Shown here in pieces: positions 1-9,571 of a stretch of DNA of 56,260 bases. This stretch comes from a virus (taxonomy: Duplodnaviria; Caudoviricetes): IMG/VR virus record IMGVR_UViG_3300009124_000014, positions 1-56,260 of that record, one strand, 5' to 3'. Made by a program: the position numbers and the translations under genes. Under the pieces are notes generated by a model that was given only the letters and a program-made list of their open reading frames with translations, did not search any database and was not told the DNA's origin. Positions within the stretch are counted from its first letter, which is position 1. Every line of letters starts with the position of its first letter.

Positions 1-1021
1 AATAAGGGGTAACGATTTCAACGCACGTATGACGATTGATTCGTCTGGCAATGTCGGTATCGGTACAACGACACCTATCAGCCCACTACATATCAATGGT
101 GCAGGCAATCTCCTTTCGTTACAAAGCACGGGGACAAGTGATCGCTCCACAATCAAGTTTCTAACGAATGGTTCTGATTGGGAGATCGGTGCGAGAGGGT
201 CAGCCGCTACTCCCAGTAACACACTCTACATTTACGACAACGACTCGTCTGCGTATCGCATGGTGATAGATACCTCTGGCAACGTCGGTATCGGTACAAC
301 GTCACCTGCCCACCCTCTGCATGTAACTGGTTCGGATAACCGACCAATTCGTGCTGAATCATCGGTGTCTGGTTCATATATTGACATTCAAGACTCAGCG
401 ACCACAGGCGAAGGTTATGTGGCTATCGGTGCTGTTGGCGACGAGGCACGAATCATTGCTGGTGGCACTACCAGAATGACGATTGACTCGTCTGGCCGTG
501 TCGGTATCAATGGCAACCCGTCAATACAGCCCGGAAGCGAATACATGCTGTTTGTCGAAGTCGGATCGGGCGGCGGCATAAACATCGATTTCCCAACAAC
601 CGCAACAACATCAGGTCTTATCAAGGGCTATTCCGATGTTGGCGGGACAGACACACTCCAGTTCGTCGTCCGTACCGACGGTGATTTTGAGTCACGCACC
701 AACTCATACGGTGCCACATCCGATGCGACGATCAAACAAGACATCGTTGATGCGTCCTCACAATGGGATGACATCAAATCAGTTCAACTCAGGAAGTATC
801 GCCTCATTGATGATGTTGCGGCAAATGGTGATGCTGCTCTTGTCCAGTTGGGTGTAGTTGCCCAAGAATTAGAAGCGGCTGGATTGGGAGGTTTGGTTGT
901 TGACGCTGACCCAGATAACGATAAGCCTTACAAGTCGGTCAAGTATTCCGTTCTGTTGCTGAAGGCACTCGGTGCTTTACAAGAAGCGATGGCCCGTATT
1001 GAAGCGTTGGAGGCTAACTAA
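1..1021 (+). CDS. Tail fibre protein with C-terminal intramolecular chaperone (peptidase S74-like); 5'-truncated by the window
   Basis: Frame is open from position 2. Repeated DSSGNVGIGTTSP motifs, SDATIKQDI chaperone cleavage motif, LGVVAQE, and coiled-coil end ARIEALEAN. Confidence 0.85.
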   Translation, partial: IRGNDFNARMTIDSSGNVGIGTTTPISPLHINGAGNLLSLQSTGTSDRSTIKFLTNGSDWEIGARGSAATPSNTLYIYDNDSSAYRMVIDTSGNVGIGTTSPAHPLHVTGSDNRPIRAESSVSGSYIDIQDSATTGEGYVAIGAVGDEARIIAGGTTRMTIDSSGRVGINGNPSIQPGSEYMLFVEVGSGGGINIDFPTTATTSGLIKGYSDVGGTDTLQFVVRTDGDFESRTNSYGATSDATIKQDIVDASSQWDDIKSVQLRKYRLIDDVAANGDAALVQLGVVAQELEAAGLGGLVVDADPDNDKPYKSVKYSVLLLKALGALQEAMARIEALEAN

Positions 1022-2427
1022 TGCCTATTAACTTCCCTAATAGCCCCTCCCAAGGTCAAGTGCATAGTCAGGGCAAGAAGCGTTGGCGTTGGTCTGGTGA
1101 CTACTGGAAGAAGGTGGAGGCCGATGTCCCCTCTGCCTTACCTTCTCTTACCGTTGACGGGGACCTCACTGTTCATGGTACGACCACGACTCTATCCGCA
1201 GAGCAGTTGCGTATCGAAGACAACATCATCACTCTCAATGATGGTCAGACGGGGACCCCCACTCTCCATGCAGGTGTCGAAGTAGAGCGTGGTGATGCCG
1301 ACAACTCCGCTATTCGCTGGAACGAGACCGATGATCGCTGGGAATACTCAGCCGATAGCACGACGTACTATCCCATTTCATACCAGCCATCTGGCTCTAT
1401 CAGCCTATATGGCGGGGCAGCGGCCCCCACTGGCTGGCTCCTGTGTGACGGAGCAGCAGTAAGCCGTACCACATACTCAGAACTCTTTGCAGTGGTTGGA
1501 ACCACGTACGGTTCCGGTGACGGCAGTACGACCTTCAACGTCCCCAACCTCAAAGGAAAGGTCCCCGTAGGGCTAGACACAGGGGACACAGACTTTGCCA
1601 CACTCGCACAGACCGGTGGTACTAAGACGCATACTTTGACCGAGTCAGAGATTCCCAGCCATAACCACAACGCTGCTACGAACGCTCAAAGCACTTCTAA
1701 CTCAGGTAACTCCACCAACACCTATACGGGTGCTGGTCTCAACACGACTAACAACGCAGCCAAGAACAACACCGGTAACCAGAGTGCTAACCACACGCAC
1801 ACGTTCAACACGAGCGCCCACAACATCGACTATAACCATAGTCACAACACTGGTAACCCCAGTAACAACCACTACCACGGCGTGAACACCAACAACGCTA
1901 ACCACGCTCACAACTTCAACACCAACTCAAGGAACCTTGACTGGAACCACTCTCATTCACACTCACATGGAACCGGCGACGGCAACAAGAGTTTCCTTAC
2001 TCGTGAGAACATTTACACTAATGAAGCCAACGCTTTTAGGGTAGACGGCATCGGTAACCACAACACTCAGTTGACGTTTATTGGTAACACCGCTAATAAC
2101 GCAGCAGGCACAAACCTGAACTGGAACCACGACCACAACGGCGCTGTTGACGCCGCCAACGCTGGTCACGCCCACAACACAGGCAACGTCAGTGCTTGGC
2201 ATACTCACGGTACGAACGCTGCTAACCTCAATAACAACCACTCGCATAGCGGTACCACAGCCAACAACAGCGCTAACCACACGCATGATCTGACTCACAA
2301 GCACAACATGGCCCACACGCACAGTATCGGACACACCCATACGGTATCCTTGGGTAACACCGGTTCAGGCGGGGCGCACACTATTGTGCAGCCGTACATC
2401 GTTCTCAACTACATCATCAAGGCGTGA
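1021..2427 (+). CDS. Tail fibre with tail-collar domain and His-x-His rich needle
   Basis: Collar motif PTGWLLCDGAAVSRTTYSELFAVVGTTYGSGDGSTTFNVPNL, many HxH motifs, C-terminal QPYIVLNYIIKA. TAATG coupling to the upstream gene. Confidence 0.85.
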   Translation: MPINFPNSPSQGQVHSQGKKRWRWSGDYWKKVEADVPSALPSLTVDGDLTVHGTTTTLSAEQLRIEDNIITLNDGQTGTPTLHAGVEVERGDADNSAIRWNETDDRWEYSADSTTYYPISYQPSGSISLYGGAAAPTGWLLCDGAAVSRTTYSELFAVVGTTYGSGDGSTTFNVPNLKGKVPVGLDTGDTDFATLAQTGGTKTHTLTESEIPSHNHNAATNAQSTSNSGNSTNTYTGAGLNTTNNAAKNNTGNQSANHTHTFNTSAHNIDYNHSHNTGNPSNNHYHGVNTNNANHAHNFNTNSRNLDWNHSHSHSHGTGDGNKSFLTRENIYTNEANAFRVDGIGNHNTQLTFIGNTANNAAGTNLNWNHDHNGAVDAANAGHAHNTGNVSAWHTHGTNAANLNNNHSHSGTTANNSANHTHDLTHKHNMAHTHSIGHTHTVSLGNTGSGGAHTIVQPYIVLNYIIKA

Positions 2428-2429
2428 TT

Positions 2430-2765
2430 ATGGCATTTGCAGATATCAAACCATATGTAGATACTAAAACGATCTCATTAGATTTGGAGGTCGTGGCTGG
2501 TACTAGCGAGGAACGCTCCCACCTACCTGCATGGACCGTTGAAGAAAAGGTTGAGTTTGTAAGGGGATTCCGTAATGATTGGCTGAAGCGCTCTGATTGG
2601 ACAGTCGGGAACGACAGCCCTCTCTCTGATGAGCAGAAGACTGCATGGACGACGTACCGTCAGGAACTGCGTGACATGATGAACGTGGCTAACATTGACG
2701 ATGTTGTTATCCCCACGCCCCCCGATGTGTACGTAATTCAGCCGCTGTACATGGAGCCTGAATAA
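2430..2765 (+). CDS. Tail fibre assembly chaperone
   Basis: RNDWLKRSDWT...AWTTYRQELRDM motif typical of fibre assembly chaperones; lies directly after a fibre gene. Confidence 0.8.
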   Translation: MAFADIKPYVDTKTISLDLEVVAGTSEERSHLPAWTVEEKVEFVRGFRNDWLKRSDWTVGNDSPLSDEQKTAWTTYRQELRDMMNVANIDDVVIPTPPDVYVIQPLYMEPE

Positions 2766-4639
2766 TGCCTATCGACTTCCCCGACGCCCCCTCTAACGGT
2801 GATACACATACCGTAGGAGATAAGACATGGACATGGGACGGTACTGTCTGGAATGTTGTTACCAACAGTGGTTCTGACCATGGCAACCTTGGTGGGTTGG
2901 GGGACGACGACCACACCCAGTACCTACTAGCAGACGGCACCCGTACTGCTACAGAGTTGACTGTTAGCGGAGACTTGACAGTTGATACCAGCACGTTGCA
3001 TGTTGATGCCACGAATGATCGTGTCGGTATCGGTACAACGTCACCTAACTCCGCACTTCATATCGACAGCGGGTCTACCACAAACCCTACTCATTTATTT
3101 ACTCAGGGTTATGTCGCAGATGCCGCAACGGATACACGCACTGGAACAGTGCGTAACGCTTTTGACTCCAACACTGACTATGGAACGTATTGGACATCGT
3201 TTCGTGGAGCGAACGGTGGCTCGTACAAGTCTTTGTTTGGCGTGCGGACTGGTGGTGCTGACAATGATGTTCTGACCGTTGATTCGTCTGGCAATGTCGG
3301 TATTGGTACAACCAGCCCCGCATATCCCCTAGTGGTTGACGGTGCTATCCAAGCAGAACGCTACAGGGGCGAAAATGCTCTTGTATTGAACAATTATACG
3401 ACAGCAAACCCGTCATCGAATGTGTATCTGTATTCTCCTCCGGGCGACCGTGATGCTTGGATTTACCTTGATTCAGCGGCCACTACAAGCAACTGGGGTA
3501 TATATCATCGCCAGATCGACTCAGCCGTCGGAGATGTTCCAGCGAATTCTGTCGCTTTTGTCGGGGGTGGATCAAGTTCAGCGCAGGCTTATATAGGTCT
3601 CGGTTCTGGCGACATTTGGGCTAGAGGTGATATAACAAGCGGTGGCCCAGATGGTGGTATGGTCATGCGTTCATGGACTGGTAGTTCAAGTTTTGGCATG
3701 ATTGGTACTGCAAACATGACTGGCTCTGAGTACGCTCTGCTGACTGATGGTACTAACACGTATTTATCTGGCGGTACGGGAGGTTCGGTTTGGATTCGTG
3801 GTGGAAACAACGATCAAACGCCCCAACTAGTTATTAGCAATGATGAAGTTCAGTTAATACATGATGTGTCTGGCGGTTTAGGTGCAAACTTATGGATTCG
3901 TAATGGTGTAACAGCGGTAAACACTAGTTCCGCTGTGACCTTTGAGTGCGATGCCAGTACTGACACTGCTGGACCGAACGGTCGTATAGAGACTCGTTTG
4001 GTTAGTACTGCGACGGGTAGCAGTATCATGTTGTTTGACATCTGGAACGGTAGCAGTTTTGTAGAAACGATAAAGATATCTGAGGCTTACGGTTCGGGAG
4101 CGTCAGGTGTTTCGTTTGCTAATGCCGCTGTCGCCATAGACAGGGGATGGGGAAACTACCCAAGCATTACGGTGTTTAACAACCCCGCTACAACGGAGTT
4201 CCGTATCCACGGAGCGAATACTTACTATGGCTCATACCCCGGAACATCAGGCTCTGACTTTTCAGTCAACCTGAGAATTGACGGAGGAACATACTACTCC
4301 TCGGATAGCCGCCACAAGACAAACATTGTAGACAATCCCTACGGCTTAACTGCTATAAATCAGTTACAACCACGGAAGTTTGATCGTGTTAACTCTGATG
4401 GTGATATTGAAGATCACGCTACAGATATTTTAGGTTTTATTGCCCAAGAAGTAATGGAAGTGATACCTGAGGCAGTTACTTATTATGCCGATGAAGACAC
4501 CCCAAATGAAAATGGGTGGTGTCGTTCTTACTCTCTTAGCGAATCGTACATTGTTTCAACCCTTGTCAATGCTGCAAAAGAATTATCTGCCAAGAACGAC
4601 TTGCTTGAAGCACGCATCGCTGCATTGGAGGCTAACTGA
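2765..4639 (+). CDS. Tail fibre protein with C-terminal S74-like chaperone
   Basis: VGIGTTSP repeats, SSDSRHKTNI cleavage motif, LGFIAQEV, ends ARIAALEAN. Confidence 0.85.
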   Translation: MPIDFPDAPSNGDTHTVGDKTWTWDGTVWNVVTNSGSDHGNLGGLGDDDHTQYLLADGTRTATELTVSGDLTVDTSTLHVDATNDRVGIGTTSPNSALHIDSGSTTNPTHLFTQGYVADAATDTRTGTVRNAFDSNTDYGTYWTSFRGANGGSYKSLFGVRTGGADNDVLTVDSSGNVGIGTTSPAYPLVVDGAIQAERYRGENALVLNNYTTANPSSNVYLYSPPGDRDAWIYLDSAATTSNWGIYHRQIDSAVGDVPANSVAFVGGGSSSAQAYIGLGSGDIWARGDITSGGPDGGMVMRSWTGSSSFGMIGTANMTGSEYALLTDGTNTYLSGGTGGSVWIRGGNNDQTPQLVISNDEVQLIHDVSGGLGANLWIRNGVTAVNTSSAVTFECDASTDTAGPNGRIETRLVSTATGSSIMLFDIWNGSSFVETIKISEAYGSGASGVSFANAAVAIDRGWGNYPSITVFNNPATTEFRIHGANTYYGSYPGTSGSDFSVNLRIDGGTYYSSDSRHKTNIVDNPYGLTAINQLQPRKFDRVNSDGDIEDHATDILGFIAQEVMEVIPEAVTYYADEDTPNENGWCRSYSLSESYIVSTLVNAAKELSAKNDLLEARIAALEAN

Positions 4640-4680
4640 CCGCTATTGAAGCAGAGTCCGCCCCCTAACCCTTATCCACC

Positions 4681-4689
4681 TGCTACACT
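4681..4689 (+). promoter_or_regulatory. Putative extended -10 promoter element (TGCTACACT)
   Basis: TGn-TANNNT in an intergenic gap, upstream of the AAGGAG RBS of the 4720 gene. Confidence 0.4.
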
Positions 4690-4719
4690 CTCTACTAGCC
4701 CTGACAAAGGAGAACCAAT

Positions 4720-4974
4720 ATGGCTACGAAGAAGACCACCAAGATTGCAGAAGTTCTCATCGAGGACGAGGTTGAGGAAGTTGTGGAGGCCCCCGCCCCC
4801 GCTCCAGAGCCAACTATCGTCGCCCCCACCACAAAGAACGCCAAGATTAAGGGCACGTGGACAATGTTCTACGGCACTGGCCGCTGGGATTTTGTCGACG
4901 GACATCGTTATGACCTTCCTTTGGACCTCTATGAGTACCTTAGGAAGGCCGGTAATATTTACGACACGCTCTGA
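4720..4974 (+). CDS. Small virion-associated hypothetical protein
   Basis: AAGGAG RBS, typical codon usage, position at the head of the neck gene block. Confidence 0.7.
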   Translation: MATKKTTKIAEVLIEDEVEEVVEAPAPAPEPTIVAPTTKNAKIKGTWTMFYGTGRWDFVDGHRYDLPLDLYEYLRKAGNIYDTL

Positions 4975-4986
4975 TAGGAGGGCCGG

Positions 4987-7056
4987 ATGGCCTTTATCAT
5001 CCCCAACGCTCTCAAAACAGCGGTAGGTGAGAAGTACGAGAACCTTGACCAGTCGGAACCGGACTCTCTAGACTTTGAGATTCTGGGTAACGCTGGTCGT
5101 TCTGGCGTGTTCTCGGGATGTGAGGTAACTCCTTTAAGCACCCCCGGTCTCGCAGTTCAGATCTCTGCCGGTGTCATCGTCCTTGACGGTAAGCCCTACT
5201 CGTTGAATGCGGCGACATCATTCTCGCTGCCTACTGCCCCCTCCGATAACCGGTTTGACCTCATTGTTGCTCGCGTGTCAGGGGGTATTGCATCTTTCGT
5301 TGCTGTACAGGGCAACGATGAGACTGCTAACCCGTATTTCCCCGACTCTTCTAATGTCCTTACTACGACGTTCGATGGCAGCATCAACATTGATTTCTCT
5401 ACGGATGTAGTTCTTGCGGCTGTCTACCGTCAGGGTTCGTCTGCTATCACCGAGTCACGTATTACAGACCGACGTGTTTTCCAGACCTCTGCGATTATCG
5501 ACCGTGGTAGCACCGCCCCTGCTAGTGGTTACGGTGATACCGGTAGCATCTACTACAAAGACAATGTTGCTGAGGGCACGACCGCTTCTGGTGTCTACGT
5601 CAAGAATAGCCTCGGTTCATGGATCGAGTTGGGACAAAATACTGGCCCCCAAGTCCCTGTTGGAACAGTAATTGCTTGGCTGGGTAAAGGGTCCGTCCCC
5701 GATGGTTTCTTGGAAGCCAACGGTCAGACCGTATCAAGGTCGACTTACGACGAGTTGTTCAGTGTATTTGGGACTGATTACGGCGCAGGCGACGGCAGTA
5801 GTACCTTCGGTCTCCCCAACCTCAATAGTAAGCACCTGAAAGGTACTACGACCGCTAACAGCGCTGGTGCCAACACCGGTAATGACAGCGTTACGCTCAC
5901 CAACACGCAGTTGCCTGCCCACACGCACTCGCTCGCTGGGCACACTCACGCTGTTTCTCACAGTCACACTATGGCGCATAACCACAGTGTGAACGTCGTG
6001 TCCGGTGGTGGGCACGCTCACAATGTGAGTGTTAACGGCACGACTACAACGCATAACGGCCACAGTCATGGGGACGGCAACTATGCAGGTAATACCAGTA
6101 ACCACTCAGGCCACAACCACGGTGTTAGCGGTGACTCAGGTGGGGCAGGAAGTCACAACCACGTCAATCTCGGGTATTGGAACGCCCTATTCAATAACTC
6201 TGCGTACGAAATAATTCGCCATACCTCCCTAGTTAGTCAGGATGCTGGTTACTACGTCATTCCTTACTACAACAGTTCAAGTAACGTCCCATTAGGCATG
6301 GTGGTTACCGCTAATGGCTTTGGACTGACCAATCCGGGCAACCATACTCATTCTGATGGTGGTTATGACGCTGATACCGGCGGTAGTCACTCGCATTCGT
6401 TCAATGTCGATGGCAACTCCGGTTCCGCTGGTAACCATAGTCACACTGTGGCGTCTAATGGCACCGCTGCTAACGCTGGTAGCCATAACCACAACGCCTC
6501 TGCCGGTACCAGCAGCGCTGCTAATACGGGTAACACTAATCCGACAACGAGCGCTTCTAACGCAAACAGCGGTAATACCGGTACAGGCTCTGCGTTTAGC
6601 ATTGTGCCGAATTCCACCTATGTTCGCTGGTTGATCCGTGCTACGGGAACCATCAATGCCACAGCCTCCGATGGTTCGGACCTTCTCTCAGAAGCGCGAG
6701 AAGAAGTCGTTACTATCGAACTCGCTGGCTCTGGGGCGCTTCCCGCTAGCCAGACTGGTGCGGCATACTATCGAGTACCTTGGGCTGCTACGCTGACTGC
6801 TGTCAAGGCAAACCGTAATGGTACCAATACCAACGGCGCTGTTACAGTAGACGTTAACGAGAACGGCACCAGTGTTCTAAGCACTGAGATCACTATCGAC
6901 CAGAACGAGTCTTCCTCGCTGACTGCCGCAACGCCAGCAGTTATTAGCGACAGTGCTATTGCTAACGATGCTCTACTGACATTCGATATCGATTCGGCCA
7001 ACACATCTGACGAAGGACCTTTGACAGTCACCCTGTACTTCATTAGGGAGGACTGA
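4987..7056 (+). CDS. Fibre/minor virion protein with internal tail-collar domain and HxH needle
   Basis: GGAGG RBS; collar motif VPDGFLEANGQTVSRSTYDELFSVFGTDYGAGDGSSTFGLPNL; HxH repeats; C-terminal beta-rich domain. Confidence 0.8.
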   Translation: MAFIIPNALKTAVGEKYENLDQSEPDSLDFEILGNAGRSGVFSGCEVTPLSTPGLAVQISAGVIVLDGKPYSLNAATSFSLPTAPSDNRFDLIVARVSGGIASFVAVQGNDETANPYFPDSSNVLTTTFDGSINIDFSTDVVLAAVYRQGSSAITESRITDRRVFQTSAIIDRGSTAPASGYGDTGSIYYKDNVAEGTTASGVYVKNSLGSWIELGQNTGPQVPVGTVIAWLGKGSVPDGFLEANGQTVSRSTYDELFSVFGTDYGAGDGSSTFGLPNLNSKHLKGTTTANSAGANTGNDSVTLTNTQLPAHTHSLAGHTHAVSHSHTMAHNHSVNVVSGGGHAHNVSVNGTTTTHNGHSHGDGNYAGNTSNHSGHNHGVSGDSGGAGSHNHVNLGYWNALFNNSAYEIIRHTSLVSQDAGYYVIPYYNSSSNVPLGMVVTANGFGLTNPGNHTHSDGGYDADTGGSHSHSFNVDGNSGSAGNHSHTVASNGTAANAGSHNHNASAGTSSAANTGNTNPTTSASNANSGNTGTGSAFSIVPNSTYVRWLIRATGTINATASDGSDLLSEAREEVVTIELAGSGALPASQTGAAYYRVPWAATLTAVKANRNGTNTNGAVTVDVNENGTSVLSTEITIDQNESSSLTAATPAVISDSAIANDALLTFDIDSANTSDEGPLTVTLYFIRED

Positions 7057-7856
7057 TGGCTACTAAGGCGGAAATTGTAAATATTGCACGTAATTACTTG
7101 CGTGACTTCAAGCGCCCCTTTCAGCAGTCGTTTAATGTCCTTGGAAAGTCTTACGATCTAGGCAAACCTAATGTCGAGTCGACTTCTCTATGGGTTGCGT
7201 ATGTTCCGGCAGGTGGTTCGTCTGCTTCCGTACTGACACCCGATCAGTACGAACTAGACGCCAGAAACGGATTAGTTCGTTTGACCCCTACCCTGTCTAC
7301 GACGGACACAATGATGGTTGAGGGTTACTTTTACGAGTGGCTGCTGCCCGAAGATCTCGACTTCTATGCTGATATGGCTATCAACCTCAACACGCATAAC
7401 CTCAAGGTTCCGTTGTCAAACATGGCCCCCGCAGTTGCTGACGTTGTAGGTATTCACACATTGGTCCAGTCTCTGTGGGGACTTCTGTCAGAGTACAGTC
7501 GTGACATCGATGTAATTACCTCAGAGTCAGTACACATTATGGCTTCTCAGCGTTATCGCATGGTGTCGAGCCTGCTTGATTATTGGTCTGAGGAATACCG
7601 TAAGCGTGCTAACGCTCTCAATATCGGTTTGGAGCGCTTGGAAGTCGTTAACCTACGGCGTGTCAGTAAAACGACTAACCGACTCGTCCCTCTGTACAAG
7701 GCCCGCGAAGTCGGAGACTATGGTCCTATTGAACGTATCTGGCCAGAGATTGACGACGGGATCATTGATATCGAGGAAGAGGCGGATGATTTGCGTCAAG
7801 AAATCTACCTCGACGGCGAACCTCCTCCCGGTTTCCTTAGCACGGGGTACTACTGA
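7056..7856 (+). CDS. Putative head-tail connector/neck protein
   Basis: Position before head-closure, terminator and sheath genes; TGATG coupling. Function inferred from synteny. Confidence 0.55.
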   Translation: MATKAEIVNIARNYLRDFKRPFQQSFNVLGKSYDLGKPNVESTSLWVAYVPAGGSSASVLTPDQYELDARNGLVRLTPTLSTTDTMMVEGYFYEWLLPEDLDFYADMAINLNTHNLKVPLSNMAPAVADVVGIHTLVQSLWGLLSEYSRDIDVITSESVHIMASQRYRMVSSLLDYWSEEYRKRANALNIGLERLEVVNLRRVSKTTNRLVPLYKAREVGDYGPIERIWPEIDDGIIDIEEEADDLRQEIYLDGEPPPGFLSTGYY

Positions 7857-8395
7857 TGGACCCCCGACGTGAACTCAGTCTGATTAACAAGACTGTCCGT
7901 CGGCGCAACAGGGAGGCAGGAGAATCCATTCTCTGGTATCAGTTCAGCCCATTACAAGGCGGTCTAAGCCAGTACGACGATGTCTACGATGAAGGCGTAC
8001 CCGGTTCCGGTGGTCGTCAGTATCTGCGCCCCATCGTTCTTCCAACTATTTACTTGGAAGAGATGGAGGATGAGTACCGCGCCATTGATGAAGGTCGTCA
8101 ACCTGTACAGACACTGAAAGCCACCATTTTGTACAAGGATGTAGAGGCCGCTGGCATGTTAAATGCTAGAGAATACAATTCGCACCTCAACGACGTGTTT
8201 AACTACGACAACCGCTACTACAAAGTACGTGAGTACAGCGTTAGGGGTCGTCTAGGTCGAGACAACCCTGCGGGCGACGTGATCCTTTCAGTTGAGGGCT
8301 ACGAGGTGTTCTTGGACCAAGAGTTCCTGTTTGATCCCGGTCCTCAAAATCCCCGCCTATACGACCTTCCTTGGCCTACATCGTTCCCCAGTTAG
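7856..8395 (+). CDS. Putative head closure/neck protein
   Basis: Beta-rich DVFNYDNRYYKVREY segment typical of head-closure proteins; synteny. Confidence 0.55.
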   Translation: MDPRRELSLINKTVRRRNREAGESILWYQFSPLQGGLSQYDDVYDEGVPGSGGRQYLRPIVLPTIYLEEMEDEYRAIDEGRQPVQTLKATILYKDVEAAGMLNAREYNSHLNDVFNYDNRYYKVREYSVRGRLGRDNPAGDVILSVEGYEVFLDQEFLFDPGPQNPRLYDLPWPTSFPS

Positions 8396-8469
8396 GTGTA
8401 CTATGTAGGTATCGGCAGAGTGCTCTGTCGTGTTAATCGCCTTACAACGCACAGAACTGGGAGGTAGCC

Positions 8470-8868
8470 ATGGCGGCTTCCAAAATTAACTCTTCCCTTA
8501 GTTCTGTACCTACGTTGCTAAGCGGAGAACTAGGCATTCTCCCCAGCATTGATGACTTTGTTTCTAACTTTGTGGGAGAAGTTGACTCCGTTTTGGAGAC
8601 CTTTGAGGAACTCGCTGAAGAGGACTTCCGAGATGCGATGGTGTCAGATCCGGCTTGGCGTCAAGTGGCAGATTACGCTGACGTTACCGTTGAGAAGGGT
8701 GTAATCATCTACAGTCACACCGGTGACGATGACGTGGATGCGTATGCCTTTGGTCTGGAGTTCGGAGTGCGCCCCAACCCAGTAATGCGTAAAACAGTTA
8801 AGCGTCAGGAAGAGCAACTGTCTCCTCAGTTGAGCGAGTTGTTGAGTGGGGCGGTGCCTAGTGCCTAA
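8470..8868 (+). CDS. Putative neck/tail completion protein
   Basis: GGGAGG RBS; LEFG...PNPVMR motif resembling HK97 gp10-like proteins; synteny. Confidence 0.5.
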   Translation: MAASKINSSLSSVPTLLSGELGILPSIDDFVSNFVGEVDSVLETFEELAEEDFRDAMVSDPAWRQVADYADVTVEKGVIIYSHTGDDDVDAYAFGLEFGVRPNPVMRKTVKRQEEQLSPQLSELLSGAVPSA

Positions 8869-9571
8869 TCCCGGCTTTACCCTTGCAGAAGACGCTGCGT
8901 TGAAGAATCGTTTGTCGTTTCTCTCTGTCGCTGATGACCGGTCTGCTGACCGCCCCGTACAGGTATTCTTCCGTTTCCCAGATGGAGAAACAGAGAAGAA
9001 GTACCCGTTTATCACTATCGATTTGCTCGACATCAACCACGCACGCAGTCGTCAAGAGTCAGAAGTTACGTACTATTACAGTAACGATGCTCAGGTAGTC
9101 CAGAACGTAAGCAACACACAGATCGACATGGACTACTTTCCTTCTGAATATAGTTCTACTGAACTCGATGGGATTGTAGGAGGCGAAGGTTACGTTTCTA
9201 CAGATCAATATGTTCCTGTGGACCTCGTTTATCAGGTAACCACGCACTGTCGTAGCCAGAGACACGACCGTAAACTGACGGCAGACATGCTGCGCTACGT
9301 TTTCCCATTTCGACGGGGTTTTATTGAAATCCCCGAAGACGGCACAATTAGGCGCTGCGATGTATTAGACTGGAGACCGGCGGATATCCTTGATCAGGAA
9401 ACTGGTTACAAGAAAAGGATTTTCCGTAAGGTTTTCACAGTACAGGTCAATGCCGAGATTCCTCAAAAGGATTTGACGAATGTCGGTGTTGTTGAGACAG
9501 TAAACGGGACACTCACAGACAATTATTCGGAATCTAACGTCCTATCAACCTCATTCTCGGAGGAATTCTAA
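8861..9571 (+). CDS. Putative tail terminator/completion protein
   Basis: YPFITIDLLDI and PVDLVYQVTT motifs; immediately upstream of the sheath gene; GTG start at 8861. Confidence 0.65.
   Translation: MPNPGFTLAEDAALKNRLSFLSVADDRSADRPVQVFFRFPDGETEKKYPFITIDLLDINHARSRQESEVTYYYSNDAQVVQNVSNTQIDMDYFPSEYSSTELDGIVGGEGYVSTDQYVPVDLVYQVTTHCRSQRHDRKLTADMLRYVFPFRRGFIEIPEDGTIRRCDVLDWRPADILDQETGYKKRIFRKVFTVQVNAEIPQKDLTNVGVVETVNGTLTDNYSESNVLSTSFSEEF

Larger units (their letters stand above)
29..3312 (+). repeat. Dispersed near-identical DNA repeats encoding DSSGNVGIGTT in two fibre genes
   Basis: 36-69 vs 3279-3312 (one mismatch in 34 nt); 284-307 vs 3023-3046 (24 nt identical); 29-49 vs 476-496 (one mismatch in 21 nt). 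Confidence 0.8.

Noticed and set aside
29-4639. Diversity-generating retroelement acting on the fibre genes
   Set aside because: No reverse transcriptase seen; repeats are short and do not show adenine-specific mismatches.
4646-5026. 126-aa Pro/Arg-rich ORF
   Set aside because: Overlaps the better-supported 4720-4974 gene, which has a clear RBS.
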